A stretch of 64,000 nt of DNA, from assembly GCA_963708295.1 (NCBI GenBank), contig CAVPSJ010000012.1:32001-96000 (forward strand), written 5' to 3'. Source of the DNA: an uncultured delta proteobacterium. GTDB taxonomy: Bacteria; Desulfobacterota; BSN033; UBA1163. Of this stretch, positions 11,305 to 21,049 are shown one piece after another. The notes under the pieces were generated by a model. That model was not told where the DNA came from, ran no database searches, and was given only the letters and a program-made list of their open reading frames with translations. The translations under genes and the position numbers were made by a program. Position 1 is the first letter of the stretch, and every line of letters begins with the position of its first letter.

Positions 11305-11880
11305 ATGGTGAAGAAAAAAATCCAGATAAGGAAAAAGGCAGCAACAAAGAAGAAAGTCCGACCGAAGAAGAAAGTTCAGGCGATGGAAAAAACAGAGACC
11401 AAATTCATTGGGAAGGTCACTAAAATACGTCAAAAAGAGCCGGCCACCGTCATCGAATGGCCCCGATCGATGACTCATGTCCATACCTATGGCATGCTCT
11501 CTCCTTTTTTTGAAGGTCTCAGGAAAGGAGAGTTACGAGCCACCTTCTGTCCAAATAACAACTGCCCGGAAAAACGCCTCTGGATCCCGCCGCGGGCCCA
11601 TTGCCCGGATTGCCATGCCGAGATGACCTGGAAATCTTTGGCCAATCCAGTGATCGGCAAGATCTACACCTTTACCGAAGTTGTTTATGCCGGGACCGGA
11701 ATCGAGCTCTCTACCCCCTACTGGCAAGTCGACGTCGAAATTCCAGGGTTGGCCACCATCCCCAAGAGTTATTTGTTATACGGAAAGCCCTACATTGGGA
11801 TGAAGGTCAAGGCGGAATTTAGGACAAAGACCCCCAGCAATACGGTGCTCGATTATTACTGGGTCCCTTATGAAGGATAG
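11305..11880 (+). CDS. DUF35 Zn-ribbon/OB-fold thiolase partner with Lys-rich N-terminal tail
   Basis: PFFEGL..GEL, CPNNNC...PPRAHCPDC, GKIYTFT, IGMKVKAEF; adjacent to the thiolase. Confidence 0.85.
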   Translation: MVKKKIQIRKKAATKKKVRPKKKVQAMEKTETKFIGKVTKIRQKEPATVIEWPRSMTHVHTYGMLSPFFEGLRKGELRATFCPNNNCPEKRLWIPPRAHCPDCHAEMTWKSLANPVIGKIYTFTEVVYAGTGIELSTPYWQVDVEIPGLATIPKSYLLYGKPYIGMKVKAEFRTKTPSNTVLDYYWVPYEG

Positions 11881-11882
11881 AA

Positions 11883-12379
11883 ACGCGACGCGGAGACTCG
11901 GAGACACGGAGAGGCCGAAATGCCTGATATCAGATCGTTCAGAGAACTTAAAGTCTGGAAAAAGGCAATGGATCTTGCTATGGAGATATTTGAAACAACC
12001 AAGGGATTTCCAATGGAAGAAAGATATTCTCTGACTGATCAAATTCGACGTTCTTCGCGGTCCGTTCCGACAAATATTGCGGAAGCATGGCGCAAGCGGC
12101 GATATCCGGCTGCCTTTGTTAGTAAGCTGAATGATGCCGAAGGCGAATCGGCAGAAACTCAGACTCATCTGGAGATGGCAAAACGTTGTGGCTATATTGA
12201 TTCGACATCAGCCTCTCGTCTTGATAATTCGTATGAAGAAATCATGGCCATGCTTGTTTCTATGGTCGCACGGCCTCAACAATGGGCCATCCGGCCATCT
12301 AACAACCCGAAATTTTCAAAATAAGGTGTGAGAAATTCTCCACATCTCCGTGTCTCCGCGTCTCTATGTCTCCGTGTCT
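11883..12379. repeat. Inverted 8-bp repeat arms (CGGAGACA / TGTCTCCG) enclosing the four-helix-bundle gene
   Basis: Left arm 11883-11912 cggagact-cggagaca-cggaga; right arm 12337-12379 cacatctc-cgtgtctc-cgcgtctc-tatgtctc-cgtgtct. Confidence 0.85.
11920..12324 (+). CDS. Four helix bundle protein (23S rRNA IVP-like, TIGR02436 type)
   Basis: FRELKVWKKA, FPMEERYSLTDQIRRSSRSVPTNIAE, ESAETQT, GYI. Confidence 0.92.
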   Translation: MPDIRSFRELKVWKKAMDLAMEIFETTKGFPMEERYSLTDQIRRSSRSVPTNIAEAWRKRRYPAAFVSKLNDAEGESAETQTHLEMAKRCGYIDSTSASRLDNSYEEIMAMLVSMVARPQQWAIRPSNNPKFSK

Positions 12380-12400
12380 GTTACATTTGGGAGGTAACCT

Positions 12401-13570
12401 ATGGCTCTCGATTTTGATTTGAATGACGAGCAGCAAATGCTTCGAAAGATGGTCCGAAGTTTTGCTGAAAAAGAGATCGCTCCCGTTGCTCAGGAACTGG
12501 ATGACAAAGAAGAATTTTCCTACTCGCTGACAAAGCGGATGGGAGACCTTGGCCTCTTTGGCCCTTTTGTCCCTGAGACATATGGTGGAAGCAATGTCGG
12601 TTATGTCTCCTACATTATCGCCGTGGAAGAGGTTGCGAGAATCGATGGGTCACAAGCGGCCACCCTTGCCGCCGGGAACTCGCTCGGAATTTCACCCATC
12701 TATTATTACGGGAATGATGAGCAGAAGAAAGAGTGGCTTCCTGAGCTCTGCGCAGGAAAAGCCCTTTCCTCCTTTGGTCTGACCGAACCCAACGCCGGCT
12801 CGGATGCGGGAGCATCCCAAACAAAGGCGGTTCTGGAAGGAGACCGGTGGGTCATCAATGGCTCGAAAATCTTTATAACCAATTCGACGACCGACATCAG
12901 CAAGGTCTGTGTGGTCCAGGCCGTCACAGGAAAAAGAGAAGACGGAAGAACCGAACTCTCTTGCATTCTGGTTCCGAACGGGACGCCGGGGTTCACAACA
13001 AAGACCATGCATGGGAAGATGGTCTGGAGGTCTTCCAATACGGGAGAACTTTATTTCACCGACTGCAAAGCTCCCAAAAGGAATCTTCTCGGCCGGCGCG
13101 GAGACGGCTTTCATCAGATGCTGGCTACCCTGGACGGCGGAAGATTGAGCATCGCCGCCATGGGACTGGGCGGCGCTCAGGGGGCTTTCGAGCTGGCGCT
13201 TAAATATGCCACCGAGCGGGAGCAATTCGGAAGGCCGATCGGTTCCTTTCAGGTCAATTCCTTCAAGCTGGCGGACATGGCCACAGAAATTGAATTGGCA
13301 AGGCTATTGCTCTATAAGGCCTGCTGGTTGTGTGAGCAGCATCGGCCTTTCTCCATGGAATCGGCGATGGCGAAGATGTTCTGCTCCGAGATGTATCATC
13401 GTGTGGCCAACCAGGCAGTTCAACTTCATGGAGGGTATGGTTTGATGAAAGAATATGCCGTCGAGCGCCATTACCGAAACCAGAAGTTACTGGATATTGG
13501 AGAGGGAACTTCAGAGGTTCAGAGAATTGTCATCGCCCGGCACATCGGAGTCCCGGGAAGAGCCCTCTAA
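12401..13570 (+). CDS. Acyl-CoA dehydrogenase
   Basis: FGLTEPNAGSDAG, INGSKIFITN, REQFGRPI, QLHGGYG, IGEGTSEVQR. Confidence 0.95.
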   Translation: MALDFDLNDEQQMLRKMVRSFAEKEIAPVAQELDDKEEFSYSLTKRMGDLGLFGPFVPETYGGSNVGYVSYIIAVEEVARIDGSQAATLAAGNSLGISPIYYYGNDEQKKEWLPELCAGKALSSFGLTEPNAGSDAGASQTKAVLEGDRWVINGSKIFITNSTTDISKVCVVQAVTGKREDGRTELSCILVPNGTPGFTTKTMHGKMVWRSSNTGELYFTDCKAPKRNLLGRRGDGFHQMLATLDGGRLSIAAMGLGGAQGAFELALKYATEREQFGRPIGSFQVNSFKLADMATEIELARLLLYKACWLCEQHRPFSMESAMAKMFCSEMYHRVANQAVQLHGGYGLMKEYAVERHYRNQKLLDIGEGTSEVQRIVIARHIGVPGRAL

Positions 13571-13716
13571 CGTTGGGGGTGATGAATGATGAGTTATGAA
13601 TCAAAACCCTTGGTTGTTAACCCTGAATTCTTAACTCCCTAACTCTCACCTCTTCATTCTCAACTCTTAATTTATCTGTTGCCTCTTTTTCTGAGTTCTG
13701 ATATTTTGTTGACACG

Positions 13717-14667
13717 ATGACTTTAGCGAAACGCATTTTGGACGGGGATATTCGGGCTGCTTCCAGGCTGATGAGGGATATTGACGACCGCATCCCCAGC
13801 GCCATGGAATCACTCAAAGAACTTTATCCTCATACAGGGAAAGCCTATATCATTGGAATCACTGGCCCTCCGGGATCGGGCAAGTCCACCATCGTGGATA
13901 AGATGGTGGACTTCTTCCGGAAAGAAGGAAAAACGGTTGGGATTGTCGCTGTCGATCCCACCAGCCCCTTTTCCGGGGGAGCGATCTTAGGGGATCGCAT
14001 TCGGATGCAACGCCATGCTACGGATGAAGGGGTTTTCATCCGCTCCCTTGCGACCCGGGGATGCCTGGGGGGTTTGACGCGTTCGACTCAGGATATCATT
14101 AACGTCATGGATGCCATGGGAAAGGATATCATCCTGGTCGAAACGGTCGGCGTGGGCCAGGATGAAGTGGAGATTGTCCATACCGCTCACACCTCCATCG
14201 TCATCCTCGTCCCCGGTCTGGGAGATGACATCCAGGCCATTAAGGCTGGAGTGATAGAAATCGCAGACCTCTTCGTCATCAACAAATGTGACCGGGACGG
14301 GACGGATAAGGTGGAACGAGATCTCAGACTCGCTCTCGAAATGGGCCGCAGGAGGGACGACGGGTGGGAGCCTCCCATTTTGAAGACCGAGGCGATCACG
14401 GGGAAAGGGGTCTTTGAACTGGTTTATGGAATCCTTCGCCACAAGAAAGCCATGGAAAAGAACAACGTCTTGGAAAAGAAACGGAGAGAGAGGGCGAAGA
14501 CGACCTTTTTAGAGATCCTTACAAGCGAGGTCATGGCCCATTTTATCCAGAAAATAGAGGAAGAGGGAAAATGGGAAACGATGATCGATGACCTGATGAA
14601 TCGGCGGACGGATCCTTACTCCATGGCGGAAAGAATCATGACCGAGGAGTTGGATAAAACTCATTAA
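13717..14667 (+). CDS. meaB: Mutase-associated GTPase chaperone MeaB/ArgK
   Basis: GPPGSGKST, AVDPTSPFSGGAILGDRIRM, ETVGVGQ, INKCD. Confidence 0.95.
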   Translation: MTLAKRILDGDIRAASRLMRDIDDRIPSAMESLKELYPHTGKAYIIGITGPPGSGKSTIVDKMVDFFRKEGKTVGIVAVDPTSPFSGGAILGDRIRMQRHATDEGVFIRSLATRGCLGGLTRSTQDIINVMDAMGKDIILVETVGVGQDEVEIVHTAHTSIVILVPGLGDDIQAIKAGVIEIADLFVINKCDRDGTDKVERDLRLALEMGRRRDDGWEPPILKTEAITGKGVFELVYGILRHKKAMEKNNVLEKKRRERAKTTFLEILTSEVMAHFIQKIEEEGKWETMIDDLMNRRTDPYSMAERIMTEELDKTH

Positions 14668-14888
14668 ACTCAAATTTCAAAAATCGGATGCCAAGTGAAT
14701 GTCAAAGTTCAAAATCGGAGACCCTTCAAATCTAGGGCAACCTCTAAAGATGTCATTCCTGGGGATCACGGATCCGGAAGCCTCTAACCACATGTCACTC
14801 CCGCCGGGGCGGGAGTGACATGGGTAATCCTTAGAGAGGTCCTTGAGCTTCGGGTTTGAATTGACATTTGAACGTTGTCAATTGGCAT
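14668..14888. repeat. Inverted degenerate repeat arms with nested palindromic element
   Basis: aatgtcaaagttcaaa ... tttgaattgacatttgaacgttgtca; nested catgtcactcccgcc-gg-ggcgggagtgacatg. Confidence 0.6.
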
Positions 14889-14924
14889 CTCTACTTCAAT
14901 ATTTTGGCGGGAGGAGAATCCTTC

Positions 14925-16499
14925 ATGAAGTCTATTGAAGCCATCCGTAAGGAACTGGAGAAGAGACGAGCCGAAGCTTCATTAGGTGGAGGGCAGGAAA
15001 GAATCGATAAACAGCACCAGGATGGGAAACTGACCGCCCGGGAACGCATCGATCTTCTCTTTGATGCCGGAACGTTTGTCGAGCTGGATCGTTTCGTCAC
15101 CCATCACTGCACCGATTTTGGCATGGAGAAGAAGAAATTCTTTGGAGATGGGGTGGTCACAGGTTATGGAAAGATTGAGGGCCGTCTGGTCTATGTATTT
15201 TCTCAAGATTTTACCGTGTTCGGCGGTGCCCTCGGGATGGCCTTTGCTGAAAAGATCTGTAAAGTGATGGATCTCGCCATGAAGACAGGAGCCCCGGTGA
15301 TCGGGTTGAACGATTCCGGAGGAGCAAGAATTCAGGAGGGTGTTGAGAGTCTCGCTGGCTACGCTTATATTTTTCTGAGAAATGTCCTCGCTTCGGGAGT
15401 CATCCCTCAAATCTCAGCCATCATGGGCCCCTGTGCCGGAGGGGCGGTCTATTCCCCCGCCATGACGGATTTCATCTTGATGACCAAAGAAACGAGCTAT
15501 ATGCATATCACGGGTCCGGATGTCATCCGGGCAGCCCTGGGTAAAACGGCAACCCATGATGGGAAGCCCATCACTTCTGAACTATTAGGCGGTGCCAGAG
15601 TCCACATGGAAAAAAGTGGCGTCGCCCATTTTGCAGGGGAGAATGACGAGGATACCATCCGTCTCATCAAGGAGTTGCTCCAATTCTTTCCGCAAAATAA
15701 TCGAGAGAAACCACCCCTCATCGAATGTGCTGACGATCCCAACCGGATGGACGAGTCACTCAAGACGGCGGTTCCCGAGGATTCCAAAAAAGCCTACGAT
15801 ATGAAGAAAGTGATCCTTCCGACCGTGGATAACGGTCATTTTCTGGAAGTGCAAAAGGATTGGGCCAAGAACATCATCGTCGGCTTTGCCCGTTATAACG
15901 GAATGCCTGTAGGCATTATCGCAAATCAACCCTATTGGCTTGCAGGATCTCTTGACCCGGATTCTTCGGTAAAGGCAGGCCGATTTGTTCGTTTCTGCGA
16001 CTGCTTTAACATCCCTTTAATCACCTTTGTGGATGTCCCGGGTTTCCTCCCCGGAATGGATATGGAAGAAAGAGGAATCATTCGACACGGGGCTAAACTC
16101 CTGTACGCGTTCTGCGAAGCAACGGTCCCCAAAATTACGATCATCACCCGTAAAGGTTATGGGGGGGCCTATGATGTGATGTCGAGCAAGCACATCCGGG
16201 GAGATATCAATTATTGTTACCCCACCGCCGAAATTGCAGTCATGGGGGCGGAGGGAGCGGTCAATGTCATCTTCCGGAACGAAATCAAAGGGGCGAAGGA
16301 TGCCAAGGAGACGCGCCAGGGACTGGTCGCTGAATATCATGACAAATTTGCCAGCCCTTATAAGGCAGCGGAATTAGGGTATGTGGATGAAATCATCGAA
16401 CCCGAGGAAACCCGCCCCAAGATCATCCAGGCTCTTGATATTTTGAAGACCAAAGTCGATACCAACCCCTGGCGCAAACACGGAAATATTCCGCTGTAA
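14925..16499 (+). CDS. Acyl-CoA carboxyltransferase (propionyl-CoA carboxylase beta / methylmalonyl-CoA decarboxylase alpha)
   Basis: [54 protein letters not shown]; RBS ggagga before ATG 14925. Confidence 0.93.
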   Translation: MKSIEAIRKELEKRRAEASLGGGQERIDKQHQDGKLTARERIDLLFDAGTFVELDRFVTHHCTDFGMEKKKFFGDGVVTGYGKIEGRLVYVFSQDFTVFGGALGMAFAEKICKVMDLAMKTGAPVIGLNDSGGARIQEGVESLAGYAYIFLRNVLASGVIPQISAIMGPCAGGAVYSPAMTDFILMTKETSYMHITGPDVIRAALGKTATHDGKPITSELLGGARVHMEKSGVAHFAGENDEDTIRLIKELLQFFPQNNREKPPLIECADDPNRMDESLKTAVPEDSKKAYDMKKVILPTVDNGHFLEVQKDWAKNIIVGFARYNGMPVGIIANQPYWLAGSLDPDSSVKAGRFVRFCDCFNIPLITFVDVPGFLPGMDMEERGIIRHGAKLLYAFCEATVPKITIITRKGYGGAYDVMSSKHIRGDINYCYPTAEIAVMGAEGAVNVIFRNEIKGAKDAKETRQGLVAEYHDKFASPYKAAELGYVDEIIEPEETRPKIIQALDILKTKVDTNPWRKHGNIPL

Positions 16500-16578
16500 G
16501 CGGAACTCCGAAGCACGAAATACGATTTTCGGATTTCGATATTTGAATTTCGGATTTAAGATTTCTTATGAGGTGAAC

Positions 16579-18234
16579 ATGTCCAAGACCATTCGAGATG
16601 AATTTGAACGATGGGAAAAAACGACCCTCAACAAAACCCTTTCCAAGGCGCCTGAACGAGAGCCTTCGTTCAAAACCACTTCCCATATTGAATTAAAACG
16701 CCTCTATACCCCCCTGGACGTCGCGGAGTTGGATTACTGCGATCAGTTGGGATTCCCCGGGGAGATCCCATTCACAAGGGGAGTTCAGCCCACCATGTAC
16801 CGGGGGCGGTTCTGGACCATGCGCCAGTATGCAGGGTTTGCCACTCCCGAAGAGACGAACAAACGATACAAGTACCTCCTGGAGCATGGGCAAACCGGGT
16901 TGAGCGTGGCCTTCGACCTCCCAACGCAGATTGGTTACGATTCCGACCATCCTTTGTCCGACGGGGAAGTGGGCAAGGTCGGGGTGGCGATCGATACCCT
17001 CAAGGACATGGAGATCCTTTTCGAGGGTATCCCTCTGGATAAGGTCTCCACTTCCATGACGATCAACGCCACGGCCGCCATCCTCCTGACGATGTACCTT
17101 GCTGTCGCAGAAAAACAGGGAGTTCAGACTGACGTTCTCCAGGGGACGATACAGAACGATATTTTGAAAGAATACGCCGCCAGAGGGACCTACATCTATC
17201 CGCCTCCCGAATCGATGCGCATCGTGACCGATATTTTCGCATTTTGCAAAGATCACGCCCCCCGATGGAATACCATCAGCATCAGCGGGTATCACATGCG
17301 TGAAGCAGGCTGCACGGCTGTCCAGGAAGTAGCCTTTACCCTGGCCGACGGGATTGCTTACGTCGAGGCGGCGATTCGGGCGGGTCTGGATGTGGACTCT
17401 TTTGCCTCCAGGCTGGCCTTCTTCTTCTGCTGCCATAACACCTTCATCGAAGAAGTGGCCAAATTCAGGGCGGCCCGAAGGCTCTGGTCAAAAATAATGA
17501 GGGAACGATTCAGGGCCAAAAAAGACGAATCCTGCATGCTGAGGTTCCATACCCAGACAGCCGGGTGTTCCCTGACCGCCCAACAACCCGACAACAACGT
17601 GGTGAGGGTAGCTTTCCAGGCCTTAGCTGCCGTGTTGGGCGGAACGCAATCACTCCACACAAATTCCAAGGATGAAGCGTATGCACTGCCTACTGAAGAT
17701 TCTGTGAGGATCGCCCTGAGAACCCAGCAGCTCATTGCCTACGAAAGCGGGGTTGCGGATATGATCGATCCCCTTGGAGGATCTTATGCAGTGGAAGCTC
17801 TCACGGAGGAGATAGAAAGAAAATCCAAGGAATACATCGAAAAGATCGAAGCCATGGGCGGAGCCGTGAAAGCGATCGAATCGGGTTACATCCAGGGGGA
17901 GATTGGGGAAAGCGCCTACCAATATCAAAAAGAGATCGAAGCCAAGAAGCGGATCATTGTCGGATTGAACCAGTTTCAGGTTGAAGAGGAGCCTCTGAGG
18001 AATATCCTTCGTATCAAGCCCGAGATGGAACGATACCAGAAGGAAAAGCTGGCCAGGGTAAAGAAAGAGAGAAACAATGCGAAAGTGAAAGAAAGCTTGG
18101 CTGATTTGAAAAGGACGGCCGAGGGGACAGAGAATCTGGTGCCTCCGATTTTGGAAGCGGTCAAGGCTTATGCAAGCCTGGGAGAAGTCTCCGATACCTT
18201 AAGAGAAGTGTTTGGAGAATATAGAGAACGATGA
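16579..18234 (+). CDS. Methylmalonyl-CoA mutase large subunit
   Basis: WTMRQYAGF (Tyr), KEYAARGTY (Arg), [17 protein letters not shown]. Confidence 0.92.
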   Translation: MSKTIRDEFERWEKTTLNKTLSKAPEREPSFKTTSHIELKRLYTPLDVAELDYCDQLGFPGEIPFTRGVQPTMYRGRFWTMRQYAGFATPEETNKRYKYLLEHGQTGLSVAFDLPTQIGYDSDHPLSDGEVGKVGVAIDTLKDMEILFEGIPLDKVSTSMTINATAAILLTMYLAVAEKQGVQTDVLQGTIQNDILKEYAARGTYIYPPPESMRIVTDIFAFCKDHAPRWNTISISGYHMREAGCTAVQEVAFTLADGIAYVEAAIRAGLDVDSFASRLAFFFCCHNTFIEEVAKFRAARRLWSKIMRERFRAKKDESCMLRFHTQTAGCSLTAQQPDNNVVRVAFQALAAVLGGTQSLHTNSKDEAYALPTEDSVRIALRTQQLIAYESGVADMIDPLGGSYAVEALTEEIERKSKEYIEKIEAMGGAVKAIESGYIQGEIGESAYQYQKEIEAKKRIIVGLNQFQVEEEPLRNILRIKPEMERYQKEKLARVKKERNNAKVKESLADLKRTAEGTENLVPPILEAVKAYASLGEVSDTLREVFGEYRER

Positions 18235-18317
18235 TTTCAAATTGCAAATTGCAGATCGCAAATTGAAATTCTTTGAATGAACTTTCAATCTGAAATTTGA
18301 AATCCGCAATTTGAAAT
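18233..18317. repeat. Inverted array of 7-bp repeats (TTGCAAA / TTTGAAA)
   Basis: atttcaa-attgcaa-attgcag-atcgcaa-attgaa ... ttcaat-ctgaaat-ttgaaat-ccgcaat-ttgaaat. Confidence 0.85.
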
Positions 18318-18329
18318 GGGGGTGAAGAA

Positions 18330-18725
18330 ATGTCCCGAAAGATAAGAGTGCTCATTGCGAAACCGGGGTTGGACGGCCACGACAGGGGGGCGAAGGTGAT
18401 TGCACGGGCCCTGAGGGACGCCGGTATGGAAGTGATCTACACTGGAATACGACAGACGCCGGAGCAGATTGCCAGTGCGGCGATCCAGGAAGATGTGGAT
18501 ATCGTAGGCCTTTCCAGTCTCTCCGGTGCCCACAACAGCCTCTTCCCCAAGGTTGTTCAGATTCTAAAAGAAAAAGGAGCAGAAGATATCCTCGTTTTTG
18601 GAGGGGGAATTATCCCGGTCGACGATATTCCGGAACTGAAGAAGGCCGGGATCAGGGGGATCTTCCAACCGGGCACCTCGACAGAGGACATCATTAAGTA
18701 TATCCAAGAGAATGTAAAAATCTAA
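18330..18725 (+). CDS. Cobalamin-binding small subunit of methylmalonyl-CoA mutase
   Basis: [12 protein letters not shown]; paralogue of 9024-9431. Confidence 0.93.
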   Translation: MSRKIRVLIAKPGLDGHDRGAKVIARALRDAGMEVIYTGIRQTPEQIASAAIQEDVDIVGLSSLSGAHNSLFPKVVQILKEKGAEDILVFGGGIIPVDDIPELKKAGIRGIFQPGTSTEDIIKYIQENVKI

Positions 18726-18845
18726 TCCCACCCCCACCCCACCCTCCCCCTGAAGGGGAGGGAAACCGTTTTATCCCTCTCTCTGAACGGGGGGCAACTT
18801 CTGTCTCCTCCCCCTTCAAGGGGCAGGTCAGGAGGGGGATGGGGT
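18726..18845. repeat. CCC(T/C)ACCC..CCCTCCCC-n-GGGGAGGG palindromic repeat family
   Basis: Close inverted copy at 45453-45542; related copies near 31214, 58697, 58845, 59722 and 62769. Confidence 0.75.
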
Positions 18846-18940
18846 ATCGGTCGGAGTAGTATTTGTATTGGAATGATCCCTTGGATAAGCTTCGCCCGAT
18901 ATTCGGATTTCGGATTTATAATGTCAACCGGGAGGATGCG

Positions 18941-19354
18941 ATGCTCAAGAAAATTAACCACATTGCCGTTGCTGTGAACAACATCGAAGAGGCCGCCAAC
19001 TTCTACCAGAACGTCCTGGGCCTGAATCTTTCAGGAGTCGAGGTGGTCACTGCGCAAAAGACGAGGGTGGGATTTTTTAAGATCGGGGAGTCCAATATTG
19101 AATTGGTCCAGCCCGCCGAGCCGGATTCTCCCATCGCGAAGTTCTTGGAAGGCAAAGGCCAGGGAATCCATCACATCTGTTTCGAGGTCGATGATGTCGA
19201 GGCGGAAGTCAAGGCCTATCTTCAGAAGGGGGCGACGTTGATCGATCAAAAACCCAGACCGGGAGCCCACAATACGAAAGTCGCTTTTATTCACCCCAAA
19301 TCCTCCAGCGGCGTTCTCATCGAGCTCTGCGAGCTCCCCAAAAATCGTCAATGA
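18941..19354 (+). CDS. mce: Methylmalonyl-CoA epimerase
   Basis: INHIAVAV, IELVQP, GIHHICFEV, AFIHPK, GVLIEL; cluster context. Confidence 0.93.
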   Translation: MLKKINHIAVAVNNIEEAANFYQNVLGLNLSGVEVVTAQKTRVGFFKIGESNIELVQPAEPDSPIAKFLEGKGQGIHHICFEVDDVEAEVKAYLQKGATLIDQKPRPGAHNTKVAFIHPKSSSGVLIELCELPKNRQ

Positions 19355-19361
19355 AATAAAG

Positions 19362-19405
19362 AAAAAAGGAGGGGAGGACCTGGTGAAACTAGATCTTCCC
19401 CTCCT
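19362..19405 (-). terminator. Intrinsic terminator between convergent genes
   Basis: Stem aggaggggagga / tcttcccctcct followed by a T6 run on the minus strand. Confidence 0.55.
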
Positions 19406-19455
19406 CTCGGTCAACCAAAACGCGTCACTCTTACAAGGGCACGTTTCTCTAACGG

Positions 19456-19899
19456 TTATTCCACTTTGAATTTAACGTCTTTCACGACCGTTCCTTCGGA
19501 ATCCCTGATTTCAACTTTCCAGTCTCCTTTTAATTCTCTCAAATTCTTGTCGGCATAGGTCCTCCATCTCGGGCCTTCCTTCAGCGGAACGCTGAATTTC
19601 GACAGCTCTTTCTCTCCATTATACCAAACAAAGGAAACCTCTGTATCTTTAGCAATGTCGGTTGCTTCGAGGAAGCAAGAGACCTTTTCTGTGGAGGCAG
19701 GAAATGTCTCCGCAACCCCTACGGGTTCGAGGTTTTCCACTCCGGTTCCAACGACCAGCCGTTTGACGGCGAATGGGGCCGCCTCCTTCGGTGCACCTTC
19801 CTGCTTGGCCTTTTCCTGTGCATAGACTGGGAGGATCATCCCCCATACAGCAATGGTGATTAGAACTAAAATCAGTATTCCTGCTCCATGCTTTTTCAT
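19456..19899 (-). CDS. Exported DUF2914-like protein
   Basis: Signal peptide; GVENLEPVG, FVWY, RWRTY, GDWKVEI. Confidence 0.7.
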   Translation of the reverse strand: MKKHGAGILILVLITIAVWGMILPVYAQEKAKQEGAPKEAAPFAVKRLVVGTGVENLEPVGVAETFPASTEKVSCFLEATDIAKDTEVSFVWYNGEKELSKFSVPLKEGPRWRTYADKNLRELKGDWKVEIRDSEGTVVKDVKFKVE

Positions 19900-20014
19900 G
19901 CTTATCTCCTTTCGTTAGAAGTTAACCTGTGAATCGCGGATTTGTCGCTAAGGCTTTATCTTTCTCCGCCCCCCGAAAAGCTCAAATCACGATCCACCAC
20001 CTATTTATGATGCA

Positions 20015-20590
20015 TTAGGGAATCAGCGAATAGACCTGTGCTTTCTTGGCCCATTCGCTGCCCGGATAGTCCCGCTGAAGGGCTTCCAACCCGGATTTCA
20101 ACTCCTTTGGATCATGACTTGCCTTATACTTGGAAACCCCTAAATAGTACTGAGCTTCAGGTGCTGCGTCTGCCCTCGGAAACCGAACCAGAATCTCTTG
20201 AAAACCTTGTATGGCCTGTTCAAAGTGATCCAGATCAAATTCAACCTTGCCCTTCCCCAGGAGGATCTGGGCAATGAAATCCTCAGGGGGCAAGAATCCG
20301 ACAAAACGATGATGCTCCTCCCCGTCCGAATCCAAAATGATGATCGTAGGGGTCCATTTTGCTGCATACCGTTTCACCAGAGATTTGTTTTTGTTGAAAT
20401 CAACTTGAAGAGGAATGAAGCTATTCTCTACCGAGAAACTGACGTTCGGATCGGGATAAGTAACAGCTGCCAGCTGTTGGCACCCAATTCAGAGATTATT
20501 ATAAAAGTCTATCAAGATCAGCTTCCTTTCTTTCTTCGCCTTTGCCTTCGTCGTTGTTAAAGAGGCCTCCCACTGAATCTGTTTTCCCAT
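20015..20590 (-). CDS. Thioredoxin-fold/TPR selenoprotein with UxxC motif (in-frame TGA at 20489-20491)
   Basis: RBS aggagg and ATG 20590; reads LILIDFYNNL-U-IGC in frame into WTPTIIILD and a TPR-like C-terminus; SECIS-like hairpin follows the TGA. Confidence 0.8.
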
Positions 20591-20656
20591 AGCGAACCCT
20601 CCTTTCGTCATCGTGAGTGAACTCGTCACGGAGCCCGTAGAACAGGGCGAATGGTG

Positions 20657-20860
20657 TTACTTCCTCCCACCTCCGCTAGGTTTCAAACAATCCCCTCGAA
20701 AGCAACAGTCGAGCTGATTACAAAACGCTTTGGCTGTCCCGAAACAATCAAAATTCCCCTCAGCCCTCTGGATTCTCCAGATCAATTCTTCCTTCGATAA
20801 TCCGAAGGTGTTTTTCAACTGCAGCGCCTTTGCCTTGGCCCGTATTTCCTGTATTTTCAT
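20657..20860 (-). CDS. Small SAP/Rho-N-like protein with Cys-rich tail
   Basis: MKIQEIRAKAK...KEELIWRIQRAEGNFDCFG...CNQLDCCFRGDC. Confidence 0.7.
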   Translation of the reverse strand: MKIQEIRAKAKALQLKNTFGLSKEELIWRIQRAEGNFDCFGTAKAFCNQLDCCFRGDCLKPSGGGRK

Positions 20861-21049
20861 ATCGACCCCCACCACTTCAGGATCCCCGAAAAATCAGAGG
20901 TTATATCTGATATTCTTTTCCGAACTCGGGTATTTGTCAAGTCAAATTAATGTCACTCAAGGACAAAATTTGTAGGTAAAATCTATGGCTTCTTGAACTA
21001 ATTCTGTTATAATAACCCCGTTTTCCCAGATACCTCCGGAAGGGAGAAA

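Noticed and set aside
11920-12324. Diversity-generating retroelement (Avd-like fold)
   Set aside because: No reverse transcriptase and no template/variable repeat pair seen in the window.
2103-18317. Intergenic repeat arrays as CRISPR arrays
   Set aside because: Units are 7-8 bp, degenerate and inverted, with no unique spacers and no cas genes.
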